60,563 nt of DNA from a virus (Duplodnaviria > Caudoviricetes): IMG/VR virus record IMGVR_UViG_3300032227_001790, positions 1 to 60,563 of that record. One strand, given 5' to 3'. Below, piece by piece: positions 1 through 9,219 of the stretch; within the stretch, counting starts at the first letter, position 1; every line of letters begins with the position of its first letter. A program made the translations under genes and the position numbers. Below the pieces are notes generated by a model that searched no databases, was not told where the DNA came from, and saw only the letters and a program-made list of their open reading frames with translations.

Positions 1-195
1 AAGAATGTTAATCCTTGTACGTTTAGTTCCTTTGAATTTTACGAAACATATTTTTATAGTTATTTAATGAGTGACCTTCATCCCCAGTATTATATGATTG
101 ATAATTTTGATTATCTTGGAGTTCTTGAGGAATTGAAGGACCTATTTTATGTTGACCTCACCGAAGAATATTTTGAACGCAAAAGGGCTTGTTAA
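1..195 (+). CDS. hypothetical protein, 3' part (runs off window start)
   Basis: Open frame from base 1 to TAA 193-195 (...VDLTEEYFERKRAC*). Confidence 0.6.
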   Translation, partial: KNVNPCTFSSFEFYETYFYSYLMSDLHPQYYMIDNFDYLGVLEELKDLFYVDLTEEYFERKRAC

Positions 196-310
196 TTCTC
201 TGCAGCCGGAAACCGACGACAATCCCCCTACCCCCTTTTTGACCGACGGTCCCCGACCGACTTCGTCGGTTCTTGTTCCTTATATAATATCCCCCTTCGT
301 TGGAACCATC

Positions 311-358
311 TTAAACAAATGGGTCGGAGTATTTATTTGTAATGAAATATCTTATTAC
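311..358 (+). repeat. 48-bp direct repeat, copy 1 (promoter motif plus first codons)
   Basis: TTAAACAAATGGGTCGGAGTATTTATTTGTAATGAAATATCTTATTAC, identical to 653-700. Confidence 0.95.
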
Positions 359-656
359 AGAAGAACAATTGAAATCTTTGGGAAATAGACAAATGATGAA
401 TTTAGTAGGAAGAGTCATTCATAGTGTTTATCCCGAATTTAATAAAAAAGATGTTAAAATTCGAAGAAATGGTGAGAATGAAATATATCATGCGGATGGA
501 ATATTTTTTGCAAGGTATTATTCTTCACAAACGCTTCAATTGAACTACCCAATATATGATTTGTTGGAATCTTTGTTGGGTGAAAATATTGATAACCATA
601 TTGTTGATTGGTTCAATAACGAGTTCGACAAACATGCCGAAGAAGTTTTTTTTTAA
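342..656 (+). CDS. hypothetical protein with MKYLITEEQ leader
   Basis: ORF; TATTTAT just upstream; leader shared with many ORFs here. Confidence 0.8.
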   Translation: MKYLITEEQLKSLGNRQMMNLVGRVIHSVYPEFNKKDVKIRRNGENEIYHADGIFFARYYSSQTLQLNYPIYDLLESLLGENIDNHIVDWFNNEFDKHAEEVFF

Positions 657-700
657 ACAAATGGGTCGGAGTATTTATTTGTAATGAAATATCTTATTAC
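653..700 (+). repeat. 48-bp direct repeat, copy 2
   Basis: Identical to 311-358. Confidence 0.95.
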
Positions 701-1223
701 GGAAAGACAATATGGTGTGTTATTTGAACAACAAGTTAGAATTCCTATGCCACTACAAAATCCAGTTTTTGGTGAAGTTGTTAAATTAAATAAAAAGTTT
801 TTTGGACTACCTGTCAATTCGCAAATTACTCCTGAATATACTAAGAAGATAAATGATTTATTAGACAAAAAAAATGTTGATGAATCACAAAGAACTTTGA
901 TGGGAGCCTTGGTAAACTTTATACCTGTATATGAAACAGTTGTTGACCTTGAGTCACTTATAGATGGAATTACAACAGGTGATAAATCAAAATTTAAAGG
1001 AGGACTTGTTGGTTTGGTAAATCCTTTTTTTTCGTATAAAGCAATTAATAATTTGATTGGATGGTTCTCAGAAAAATTGGTAGGTAAAGAACAAGCCGAT
1101 TATAATGAAAAAGGTTTTAGTGATTTGGTGAATATGAAACAACAAGATAGAGAAAAATTATTCAAAAGATATGGATATGGTGGTTATGAAAAGTGGGTTA
1201 AAGTTGGAAAACCAAAATTATAA
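684..1223 (+). CDS. hypothetical protein with MKYLITERQ...LFEQ leader
   Basis: ORF, leader motif, TATTTAT upstream. Confidence 0.8.
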   Translation: MKYLITERQYGVLFEQQVRIPMPLQNPVFGEVVKLNKKFFGLPVNSQITPEYTKKINDLLDKKNVDESQRTLMGALVNFIPVYETVVDLESLIDGITTGDKSKFKGGLVGLVNPFFSYKAINNLIGWFSEKLVGKEQADYNEKGFSDLVNMKQQDREKLFKRYGYGGYEKWVKVGKPKL

Positions 1224-1232
1224 TATTGAAAA

Positions 1233-1280
1233 CCCTTCGTTGAAACCATCTTAAATGAGGTGGTCGGAGTATTTATTGTA
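1233..1280 (+). repeat. diverged third copy of the upstream element
   Basis: CCCTTCGTTGAAACCATCTTAAA...GGTCGGAGTATTTATT matches 293-340. Confidence 0.85.
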
Positions 1281-1294
1281 AAGTTATTAGTCAT

Positions 1295-1714
1295 ATGAAA
1301 AAGATTATAAGATTGACTGAATCAGATTTGGTTAGATTGGTAAATGAAGTGATTTCAGAACAACAGGCAAGTTCTGAACTTGATTATTTTATGAAATTAG
1401 GTGTAATAAAAAATAAATTATACGGTTCCCAATGGAGTAAACTCCTATCAAAGCCTAAGGACGTTGTTGAAGAGATTGCATGGAATAATGCTTTTGTATT
1501 ACCAAAAGGTACTTATGAAAAATATGCGAAGTCATCAACGGGACCATTCTATGGTAAAATGGTTTGGACTAAGAAAGGTAGAAATGGTATTTTAACACTT
1601 TATATTTCATCAAAAGATAAAAACATATTCGTGTTGAATAATCCTGAAGTCGGAACACGTAAATTTAATATCTCTGATGAGGGTCAATTTCAAAATTTGG
1701 AAAATCAATTGTAA
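1295..1714 (+). CDS. hypothetical protein with MKKIIRLTESDL...ISEQ leader
   Basis: ORF, leader motif. Confidence 0.8.
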   Translation: MKKIIRLTESDLVRLVNEVISEQQASSELDYFMKLGVIKNKLYGSQWSKLLSKPKDVVEEIAWNNAFVLPKGTYEKYAKSSTGPFYGKMVWTKKGRNGILTLYISSKDKNIFVLNNPEVGTRKFNISDEGQFQNLENQL

Positions 1715-2042
1715 TTCGTAGAATATATTGTTACACACGGACAATTATCTATTTTTTTAAACAAGACCCCCCTCTACCGATTTGTCCCCAACTAAGAAAA
1801 AAATTTTTGGAAATTTTTTAGAAATGTCTATCTTTGTAAAAATGTATAGACATGAGAAATTATTATGAATATTGGTATAAAAGATTTTTGAAAGATGGTC
1901 TGAAAGCCATCAAGGTTGTAATTGGTTTGGGACTTTCAGTTTCTTTAGGTTATTCTGTGAACCTTCCTGTTGGAATTTTGTTTTTTGGTTGGGTATTGAT
2001 TGAATCTTTAATTGAAAAAAATTAAAACATTAAACGTATAAT

Positions 2043-2225
2043 ATGAAAAGAATACCAATATTAATCGTAAAATGGCTTGCTAATAAACTAGGATATAAAA
2101 TTGCAATGCTCAAAGTAACAAAGGGAACAACTACAATTGAGGGTGATAAAGAATTACTCCGATATGTAGATATAACCGGTTATTTCTTTAAGAAAGAACC
2201 TCTTAAACGTGGAATAAAACATTAA
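2043..2225 (+). CDS. hypothetical protein
   Basis: 60-aa ORF in a co-oriented run. Confidence 0.55.
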   Translation: MKRIPILIVKWLANKLGYKIAMLKVTKGTTTIEGDKELLRYVDITGYFFKKEPLKRGIKH

Positions 2226-2270
2226 ATGTGTAACATAAAGAATAGAAAAGTTATTAGTAAATTAAAACAT

Positions 2271-2444
2271 ATGAAAAAGTTTAGTATTAGTGAGTTATTG
2301 ATTTTGGTTGTATGCGTTGTTTGTATATTTGTTAGTGAATATATCTATATCGTACAAGATAATCCTACAAAGGCAATTTTTATTGGTCTATGGCCACCTA
2401 CCATATTGGGTTTGTTGAATTTTGTTAACATTAAAAGAAAATAG
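2271..2444 (+). CDS. small two-TM membrane protein
   Basis: Hydrophobic segments, IFIGLWPPT; start moved to MKKF. Confidence 0.7.
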   Translation: MKKFSISELLILVVCVVCIFVSEYIYIVQDNPTKAIFIGLWPPTILGLLNFVNIKRK

Positions 2445-2446
2445 TA

Positions 2447-2797
2447 ATGGAAAATTTGGATATTATAGTTTTGACAAGTATTCTGTCAACACTTTTTGTT
2501 GTCTTCGGTGTTTTGGTATATAAGGAACTAACAAATCTTGATGAGGATGATTATAAGACTTCTAAAGCGGGAGGGCCAAGGGTTCATTTGTTGAAGTTGA
2601 TGGAAAGGGTTTTTGATAATCGTTCCATTCCTGTTGAAGAAAAGAAAATGATTTATAAGGCGGTGAAACGAACCATATCTGATATGGAATCTGATGGAAT
2701 GTATTTTCCTGATGATGTTAAGGAGAAGTTAAAAGAATATAGGGACGAGTTGTTATGTGAGTATAGTGGTTTACCTTCCCCAAAATCTTATGAATAA
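2447..2797 (+). CDS. N-terminal TM hypothetical protein
   Basis: ORF; C-terminal CEYSGLPSP motif. Confidence 0.7.
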   Translation: MENLDIIVLTSILSTLFVVFGVLVYKELTNLDEDDYKTSKAGGPRVHLLKLMERVFDNRSIPVEEKKMIYKAVKRTISDMESDGMYFPDDVKEKLKEYRDELLCEYSGLPSPKSYE

Positions 2798-2946
2798 TAT
2801 TTTATGACATTATTAGTTGTTCTTTTATGTTCCGTTGTATTATCTGTTGGGGTTATGTATTTGGGTTATAAGTATGTTTTCGTCAAAGAGGATGATGAAC
2901 CATTTTTATTTTGAACTATTTCCATTTTGGAAACAACTCGACTTTT

Positions 2947-3228
2947 ATGAAAAATTTATTGAATGTTGATATTGGGAAGTATGACCTCATTCGTTATGAA
3001 AACCAAGGGTTGGTTCCATGTTATTATGATGATGGTTTGAAAATATTTGATTCTCCTACTCCCAAAGGTGAAAGGAAAGTATTTCGAGTTCACCTCATCG
3101 AAAAAGTTAAGTTTGATAAACTTATTGAACTTGAAAACAACATGAACGAAAGAATTGAACTTGAACTTCGCAAAATCGAATTACTTAAACAAATGGTTCC
3201 TGCAGTTTTGAATGATATTATGAAGTAA
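2947..3228 (+). CDS. hypothetical protein
   Basis: ORF, start moved to ATG 2947. Confidence 0.6.
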   Translation: MKNLLNVDIGKYDLIRYENQGLVPCYYDDGLKIFDSPTPKGERKVFRVHLIEKVKFDKLIELENNMNERIELELRKIELLKQMVPAVLNDIMK

Positions 3229-3230
3229 AA

Positions 3231-3307
3231 CGGAAATATATTTCGGATTTTATTTAAATTCATTCGAATTTGTTTCTCTTAAACATACAAACGGAAGTAT
3301 ATTTCCG
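3231..3307. promoter_or_regulatory. pair of 16-bp near-palindromes (CGGAAATATATTTCCG consensus)
   Basis: 3231-3246 CGGAAATATATTTCGG and 3292-3307 CGGAAGTATATTTCCG, intergenic. Confidence 0.5.
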
Positions 3308-3345
3308 ATAACTCCCAAACCTTGCCTCAGAAGTATTTATTGTTA

Positions 3346-3687
3346 ATGAAATACATTATTTCCGAATCTCAGTACAAAACATTGTTGGAACAAAATGTTC
3401 CAAATTCAATTAAAAGAAGAGCCAATGAAAAAACATTGGTAAAGTATATTTTGTTATCACAAAGAAATAATCCACCTTATTGTCAGGAACACGAAGATGG
3501 TTATGATTATGCTGATGCAGTGATAGATGATGCCATCGATTATTTTTTAACTGAGGTTGGTCCTGAAATTGAAGAAATAAATGAGTATGGTGATATTTTG
3601 GAATATCTTAGAATGATGTGTAGAAATTTGTTTGGTGAATCTTTGGTCTATCACTATGAAAATAACTGTATTCCTGATGAAAGTTAA
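3346..3687 (+). CDS. hypothetical protein with MKYIISESQ...LLEQ leader
   Basis: TATTTAT 3334-3340, leader motif. Confidence 0.8.
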   Translation: MKYIISESQYKTLLEQNVPNSIKRRANEKTLVKYILLSQRNNPPYCQEHEDGYDYADAVIDDAIDYFLTEVGPEIEEINEYGDILEYLRMMCRNLFGESLVYHYENNCIPDES

Positions 3688-3708
3688 TTTACATAATAAA
3701 AACTCCGA

Positions 3709-3993
3709 ATGAACTACGAAATAAGCGAAAAAAGATTGAAGTACTTGATTATGGAGATTATTCGTAATCTTGAAATCGGAGAAATTTATCGAGTTCAGAT
3801 TGAGTTTCCCAAAGGTGTTACACCATGTGTAGTTGCACTTTTTTTCGAATACGTCAGAGGTTCAGAATATCAACAAAAAATAAAGAAAGAAGTGGAAGAT
3901 GCAATTCGAAATATCTTAAATTTTGAACCTTTAGTTATTATTATTCCATATAGTGAAGCGAAATACCATTTAAGGGAACCAAGAAATATTTAA
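3709..3993 (+). CDS. hypothetical protein (MNYEISEKRL leader variant)
   Basis: ORF. Confidence 0.7.
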   Translation: MNYEISEKRLKYLIMEIIRNLEIGEIYRVQIEFPKGVTPCVVALFFEYVRGSEYQQKIKKEVEDAIRNILNFEPLVIIIPYSEAKYHLREPRNI

Positions 3994-3996
3994 AGT

Positions 3997-4320
3997 ATGA
4001 ACACTTTCCAACTATCAAAAGCTCTATCTATAGTATTCAACAACCTTGCAAATGATTGGATTAAAGAACATTTAGGCCAAGAACCATTTTTATTCAGAAC
4101 ATTGGTTAGAAAACCCGGTCACGATGAAGAGGAGTTAGGAAATTATATAGTTGAGGTGTATACTGATAGATTTATTCCGAAAACTATGACCTACACAAAA
4201 GACGGTAAGAAGAAAAAAGTAACTCACGAATTTTTAAGGAAAAAACTCATTGCACTTTCAAAATATATTGAACCCACAGAACGCATCGAAATTAAGTTGA
4301 TGGATATAGACTACAAGTAA
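3997..4320 (+). CDS. hypothetical protein
   Basis: ORF. Confidence 0.7.
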   Translation: MNTFQLSKALSIVFNNLANDWIKEHLGQEPFLFRTLVRKPGHDEEELGNYIVEVYTDRFIPKTMTYTKDGKKKKVTHEFLRKKLIALSKYIEPTERIEIKLMDIDYK

Positions 4321-4356
4321 ATTTTATCCCATTTTTTTGTTATATTTGCTCTCGTT

Positions 4357-4878
4357 ATGAGACGTAAAATTATTTTCATTGATATTGATGGTCCATTAGC
4401 ATGGGGAACTTGGGGTGATGGTAAAGTTTCCCTTAACGAAGGTTCACATATGTTTACAATACCTTACCCTTGGGTTGAGGAAGATTGTCAAGCACTACAA
4501 AAAATTTTAACTGAAACTAATTCCGAAATGGTATTGAGTTCAGATTGGAGAAAACATTTCACCTTTAGGCAGATGTGTAGAATATTTTCATATTATGGGA
4601 TTGACCCACACAGGTTAGTAGATATTACCACACATCAGGACTTATGGAAGAAATTTAGTAGACCCTCAATCGAGTGGGAACGTGCAGCCGAAATCAAAAA
4701 GTGGGTTAAGGATAACAAGATAACAAATTGGGTTGCCGTTGATGACTTAAACTTAGCAAAAGAATTCAAATGGATACGTATTCCACAATGGAGACATATT
4801 CAAGTGGATGGTGATTTTGGTACAGGGGGTAGACTCAGAGATAAAATCGATGAGTGTATCACTAAGTTGAATAAGTAA
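4357..4878 (+). CDS. HAD-family phosphatase, Swiss-Army-Knife RNA-repair type
   Basis: FIDIDG motif I, LSSDWR motif II, VAVDD motif IV; TATATTTG promoter 4341-4348. Confidence 0.8.
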   Translation: MRRKIIFIDIDGPLAWGTWGDGKVSLNEGSHMFTIPYPWVEEDCQALQKILTETNSEMVLSSDWRKHFTFRQMCRIFSYYGIDPHRLVDITTHQDLWKKFSRPSIEWERAAEIKKWVKDNKITNWVAVDDLNLAKEFKWIRIPQWRHIQVDGDFGTGGRLRDKIDECITKLNK

Positions 4879-4926
4879 TTATATATCACACCTGACGGGT
4901 ATTTATATCAACGTAAAATCACCGGA

Positions 4927-5193
4927 ATGGGTAAAGAAATAAACTATTTTAAAAAACAATTTGGAAAGTATATCGAGAGTGTTATTTTACCATCTTATCC
5001 CCAAATTGTTGACTATGAGATAGAAGAATGGTTTCCTGATTCACAAAACTTGAATTTTGAATTCGATTTTTATTACGATTCATATCCTGATGTCCATGTA
5101 GATAGTTCAATAGAAGACTCTGTTCGTGAAATGATTAATTCATTTTCTATTGAAGAAATTGTATATGGAATTAACTTTAAAATAAAAGAATAA
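4927..5193 (+). CDS. hypothetical acidic protein
   Basis: ORF, TATTTAT upstream. Confidence 0.65.
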   Translation: MGKEINYFKKQFGKYIESVILPSYPQIVDYEIEEWFPDSQNLNFEFDFYYDSYPDVHVDSSIEDSVREMINSFSIEEIVYGINFKIKE

Positions 5194-5196
5194 CTT

Positions 5197-5319
5197 ATGG
5201 GAAGTGCTGAAAAAAAACCAAGACCAATGAAAAGTAGAAAAAGTGGTCTCAAAACAAAAAAAAGAATTGATAGTAATCATTTAGTGATTAAGAAACTTGA
5301 GTCTAAGAATAACCAATAA
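5197..5319 (+). CDS. small basic protein (40 aa, not in ORF track)
   Basis: MGSAEKKPRPMKSRKSGLKTKKRIDSNH...; fills intergenic gap exactly. Confidence 0.55.
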   Translation: MGSAEKKPRPMKSRKSGLKTKKRIDSNHLVIKKLESKNNQ

Positions 5320-5339
5320 AATAGATAAAAAATAAAGTC

Positions 5340-6209
5340 ATGAAAAAGTTAATTTTCCTGTTATTTTTTCCAATTTTAGTTTTTTCTCAGTCCGAAAGAG
5401 CACAAAAAGCTGATGTAAGAAGTTTCGGAACCTACGGACCCTCATCATCTCCACAATTTAGGTCTGAATCCTTTAGTAGACCTTTCAATAGTGAGTCTCA
5501 ACAAAAACTCACAGAAAGAAATAGACGTTCCGAGTATTACACACCTCAAAATAATCGTCCGGGTAGGTACTTTGGTTACGACCCATGGATGGATTGGGGT
5601 TGGGGATGGAATAGATGGTCTCCGATGTGGGGATGGAATACCTTTACACCTTTTTTTTGGTATGATAGTTGGGGATATAGAAATCCGGGAAGAGTTTACA
5701 TATACGATGACGGAAAAATAGACACTATCAAACTAAAACCTGTCCATGGTTCAATCGGATTATCTTATAATTTGAATTCTGAGTTTGGTTTTTGGGGAAC
5801 TTTGGGTCGTGAAATATATGTAATTGCAGAATTCTCAAAAAATAACCCAAGAGATATATCCGTTTTCTATCCGCAACTAACTTTAGACAAAGTTTTACCT
5901 TGGGAAGACAGAAAACTTTCGAATTATCAACAACAATCAACGTTTTCGATTGGTTTGGGAAAAAAACTAAATAAATTTGCGGGTGTTCACATGATGCTAG
6001 GGTTCGGAAGAGAAAAAAACAACTTTAGATATTTCGACGAATTATTTATATTGTCCAATAATGGAGAATATAGTTTTCCTAACTATAGAACCAACATAAC
6101 AACGTTAAAAATTGGTACACTTTTGAATTTGTCAAATAAATTCAATTCCAAAATAGATTACGACTTAGGTGTACGTCACATATCTTGGGGTTTGGGTGTC
6201 AAACTTTAA
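5340..6209 (+). CDS. secreted protein, Trp/Gly-rich linker plus probable outer-membrane beta-barrel
   Basis: Signal peptide MKKLIFLLFFPILVFSQ; alternating beta-strands ending ISWGLGVKL. Confidence 0.65.
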   Translation: MKKLIFLLFFPILVFSQSERAQKADVRSFGTYGPSSSPQFRSESFSRPFNSESQQKLTERNRRSEYYTPQNNRPGRYFGYDPWMDWGWGWNRWSPMWGWNTFTPFFWYDSWGYRNPGRVYIYDDGKIDTIKLKPVHGSIGLSYNLNSEFGFWGTLGREIYVIAEFSKNNPRDISVFYPQLTLDKVLPWEDRKLSNYQQQSTFSIGLGKKLNKFAGVHMMLGFGREKNNFRYFDELFILSNNGEYSFPNYRTNITTLKIGTLLNLSNKFNSKIDYDLGVRHISWGLGVKL

Positions 6210-6220
6210 AAAAAAAACAT

Positions 6221-6415
6221 ATGAATCTTACAAATCAACAGAAAGCGGCTCTCTACGATGAGGGTATTAGGAGATATAATTTAGTGGAAGAAGAAATAAG
6301 ACAAATAAAGGCAAAAAACTTCGAAGTTTCTGATTCTGACAGACAGATTATAGAAAGATTAGAAAGAAAGAAGAAAGAAATTTTCAACAGAACACAAACA
6401 TTACACGCAAAATAG
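6221..6415 (+). CDS. small coiled-coil protein
   Basis: ORF from MNLTNQQK. Confidence 0.65.
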   Translation: MNLTNQQKAALYDEGIRRYNLVEEEIRQIKAKNFEVSDSDRQIIERLERKKKEIFNRTQTLHAK

Positions 6416-6423
6416 GATTTTAT

Positions 6424-6672
6424 ATGTTCAATAATTTAACTGTAGGTAAAGTTTACGAAATAAGTGAAATTTCTTCAGGAACTCCATGTTTAAATTGTAA
6501 TTCTTGCATAAGAATGCGACTGATGGAAATGGGTTTGACTGAAGGTGAGAAAATTCGTGTTGAAGGTAAATCTCATGGTTTATACAGATTGAGTATTTTA
6601 TCTAAAAAAGAGAATTTATTTACAACTCTAGCTCTTAGAGAAGAAGAAATGGAAAGAATTTGTGTTTTGTAA
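6424..6672 (+). CDS. FeoA-like SH3 domain protein
   Basis: RLMEMGLTEGEKIRV...LALREEE matches FeoA pattern. Confidence 0.75.
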   Translation: MFNNLTVGKVYEISEISSGTPCLNCNSCIRMRLMEMGLTEGEKIRVEGKSHGLYRLSILSKKENLFTTLALREEEMERICVL

Positions 6673-6702
6673 AAAAAATTCATATCTTTACAAAAAAAAG
6701 AT

Positions 6703-7134
6703 ATGACTAAAGTAAAAATTTCTACAGAACAAGGGGACATGATTGCAGAACTATATGATGATGCAACCCCCAAGACCGTAAAAAACTTCGTAGACCTGAT
6801 TCAAAAAGGGTTTTATAATGGACTAAACTTTCATAGAGTAATTCCAAACTTTGTTATTCAAGGGGGATGTCCAAATGGAATTGGTAATGGTGGTCCAGGT
6901 TATACAATCGAATGTGAAGTTGACCGACCTCAACAATATCACGACAGAGGTGTATTATCTATGGCTCATGCGGGTAGAAATACAGGAGGGTCTCAATTTT
7001 TTATCTGTCACGGTAGGACGAATACACAACATCTTGATGGAAACCATACTTGTTTTGGTAAAGTAGTTGAAGGCGTTGATGTTATCGACAAAATTTCGCA
7101 GGGTAACAAAATTAATTCTATCGAAATCATTTAA
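6703..7134 (+). CDS. cyclophilin-type peptidyl-prolyl cis-trans isomerase
   Basis: FHRVIPNFVIQGG, LSMAHAG, GSQFFI, HLDGNHTCFGKV. Confidence 0.97.
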   Translation: MTKVKISTEQGDMIAELYDDATPKTVKNFVDLIQKGFYNGLNFHRVIPNFVIQGGCPNGIGNGGPGYTIECEVDRPQQYHDRGVLSMAHAGRNTGGSQFFICHGRTNTQHLDGNHTCFGKVVEGVDVIDKISQGNKINSIEII

Positions 7135-7143
7135 TTTCTAAAA

Positions 7144-7677
7144 ATGAAAAATAATAAACTTTTAATTTTAGTGGGATTAGTTATTTTGGGTTTGGGTTTT
7201 TTTATTATCTATAACTCACAAACAAAAGAAGAACCTTCTTTCAAACCTGTAGAATTAAAACAACAAAATTCCGTCATCAATGGTTATCTTCCTACTTATT
7301 ATGATACAATAGTGAAGGTTGGATTAGAATTAACGGGTATCGAAGGTGTCACCGTAACTATTGAAGAACTTCCTGAAGAGGTTAAAAAAACCTTTGATGG
7401 TGAATTGAATGCCCATGTCAGATATTTGGATGGTCGTTTCTACTTGTTTATAGACCCACTAAATAAAAGAAAGGCTATTACTGTTATCTCACACGAAATT
7501 GTCCACATGAAACAATACTTGGATGGAACGTTTAAATATGATGACGGTAGGATAACTTGGAATGGTCGGGCCTATTTATTAGAAGATATTACATATGATG
7601 ATAGACCTTGGGAAACCGAAGCATTTCAATTAGAAGGTCAGTTGGCTTCTCAAATATCTGAAGTAGTATATCAATAA
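7144..7677 (+). CDS. membrane-anchored zincin-like metallopeptidase
   Basis: N-terminal TM; HEIVHMKQ and PWETEA motifs. Confidence 0.7.
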   Translation: MKNNKLLILVGLVILGLGFFIIYNSQTKEEPSFKPVELKQQNSVINGYLPTYYDTIVKVGLELTGIEGVTVTIEELPEEVKKTFDGELNAHVRYLDGRFYLFIDPLNKRKAITVISHEIVHMKQYLDGTFKYDDGRITWNGRAYLLEDITYDDRPWETEAFQLEGQLASQISEVVYQ

Positions 7678-7694
7678 ACATTAAATAAAGTAAT

Positions 7695-8186
7695 ATGTCT
7701 ACAGGTATTTTAGTTTTAGTTGGTTTGGGGGTTCTATTCGGAATTCTTGCATTTTTTACTCTTAAAAAAGATAAAAAAATTGTACCTCCTACTTATGAAG
7801 AAATTCCTACACCACGTTTGAGCTTTGACCCATCAATTAAAGAACCTGAACCAACTCCTGTTCCTCAAGAACCTGAAGTAGTTCCTGTTCCTCCTGTGAT
7901 TGACTGGGTTAGCCCTGTTGTTGACCCTGTTAATCAACTTTGTTGGGGACATCGCGTTAGTGTTTCTAACGGTGTTGAAACAATTTGTCAAAGTCAAGAA
8001 GAAATCACAGTCTTTACTTGTGTTGAATCCATTTTGGAAGCAAACCAATTATTCATGAGTGAAGAAGCATGTAAGTTTGACAGACCAAATTGGTCTGACC
8101 AATTTAATCATGTTAAATACTTAGGAAAGTATTGTTCTGTGGATACTGAAGGACGAGTCCTTGGTTTCCTTGATTGTATCGAGTAA
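7695..8186 (+). CDS. membrane-anchored protein, Pro-rich linker and Cys-rich domain
   Basis: TM, PEP-rich stretch, six Cys. Confidence 0.65.
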   Translation: MSTGILVLVGLGVLFGILAFFTLKKDKKIVPPTYEEIPTPRLSFDPSIKEPEPTPVPQEPEVVPVPPVIDWVSPVVDPVNQLCWGHRVSVSNGVETICQSQEEITVFTCVESILEANQLFMSEEACKFDRPNWSDQFNHVKYLGKYCSVDTEGRVLGFLDCIE

Positions 8187-8229
8187 AAAAAAATCCCACA
8201 AATTGTGGGATTTTTTGTATCTTTGTATT

Positions 8230-8529
8230 ATGAATTACGAAAAAATGAAATTATCGGAGTTGAAAGTCTTAGCAGACCTTCATGAAATTCCCACAAATCT
8301 TACCAAAGACCAAATCGTTAAAAACTTAAAGCTTGTCGACCAAGATAAGTACATCAAATCGACCACATGTGAAAAATATGATAAAGATTTATATTTGGTT
8401 GGAGTTGATTTGAAAAATCAACAAAAATTGGTGTCTTGTGGTAAATTTATTGAAAATGGTGAAATGAAAAAGTCTATGATGTATAGTTCAGACAGAGTAT
8501 ACTTCATTTCTTCATTCAGAATGATGTAA
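8230..8529 (+). CDS. hypothetical protein, possible SAP/HeH-like N-terminus
   Basis: YEKMKLSELKVLA...TKDQIV; TATCTTTG promoter 8218-8225. Confidence 0.6.
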   Translation: MNYEKMKLSELKVLADLHEIPTNLTKDQIVKNLKLVDQDKYIKSTTCEKYDKDLYLVGVDLKNQQKLVSCGKFIENGEMKKSMMYSSDRVYFISSFRMM

Positions 8530-8530
8530 A

Positions 8531-9169
8531 TTAAAAACCAAAGTCATTCCCTACTACTTTTTTGAACTGTGCCAAGGTTACTATCTCATCTACCAAACCA
8601 TTAGGTTTATCTTTTGTGTTTTTGAAGATATAATATTCATATTTGTCCTGTGACTTGATGTAAATAACTTTCCAACAAAGTTCAGGAACTGAAACCTGAC
8701 CAATTTTTTTTATTTCTCCTACGTTTCCACACCATACTCTTACAGAATCAAATTTTTTGGACAATTCTCTTGTCTCCATTTCCAATTTTTTCCAATCTCC
8801 AGCATTTAATGAATGATATTGGGGAGACATATTAGTAAAATAGAAACTTTCGTTCAAAACATCTTTACCTGAACATTGATTATCTGCGGCAGGACTCATA
8901 TGTCCTCTATCAAAACCACTTTTGGTGTAAGAATCTTGTAAATTAGTTTGTTCCTTCAATAAAGGGTCAGGTAAAAATTTATCTGACCTTGGAACAGGGT
9001 TTGTACAAGTAACTTTTTGTTTTGTGACCCACCATTCAACTAAAACTGGATATTTTTTACTTTTAGAGAATACTGTAGTATAATTTTCATGAACCAATCT
9101 TACAGTATCTTGAGAAAAAACCGTTTTTCCAATAAAACATACCAAAAGAAATAGAATAAACTTTTTCAT
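8531..9169 (-). CDS. secreted DNA/RNA non-specific endonuclease (NucA/EndoG family)
   Basis: DRGHMSPA active site, TNMSPQ..LN..W; signal peptide. Confidence 0.93.
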   Translation of the reverse strand: MKKFILFLLVCFIGKTVFSQDTVRLVHENYTTVFSKSKKYPVLVEWWVTKQKVTCTNPVPRSDKFLPDPLLKEQTNLQDSYTKSGFDRGHMSPAADNQCSGKDVLNESFYFTNMSPQYHSLNAGDWKKLEMETRELSKKFDSVRVWCGNVGEIKKIGQVSVPELCWKVIYIKSQDKYEYYIFKNTKDKPNGLVDEIVTLAQFKKVVGNDFGF

Positions 9170-9219
9170 GTATATAAATAGAGAAATAAACAATTACAAA
9201 AAACAAAATATTTAAAAGT

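Noticed and set aside
149-388. ORF 149-388 and the many short antisense or alternate-frame ORFs in the track (e.g. 653-868, 22123-22542, 41955-42479, 52226-52522)
   Set aside because: They overlap better-supported genes or hairpin regions and have no recognisable motifs.
311-1280. CRISPR array
   Set aside because: Repeats are separated by whole genes rather than 30-40 nt spacers; no cas genes in the window.
1715-2040. Replication origin or genome terminus in the A/T-tract-rich gap
   Set aside because: Homopolymer tracts only; no iterons or other support visible.
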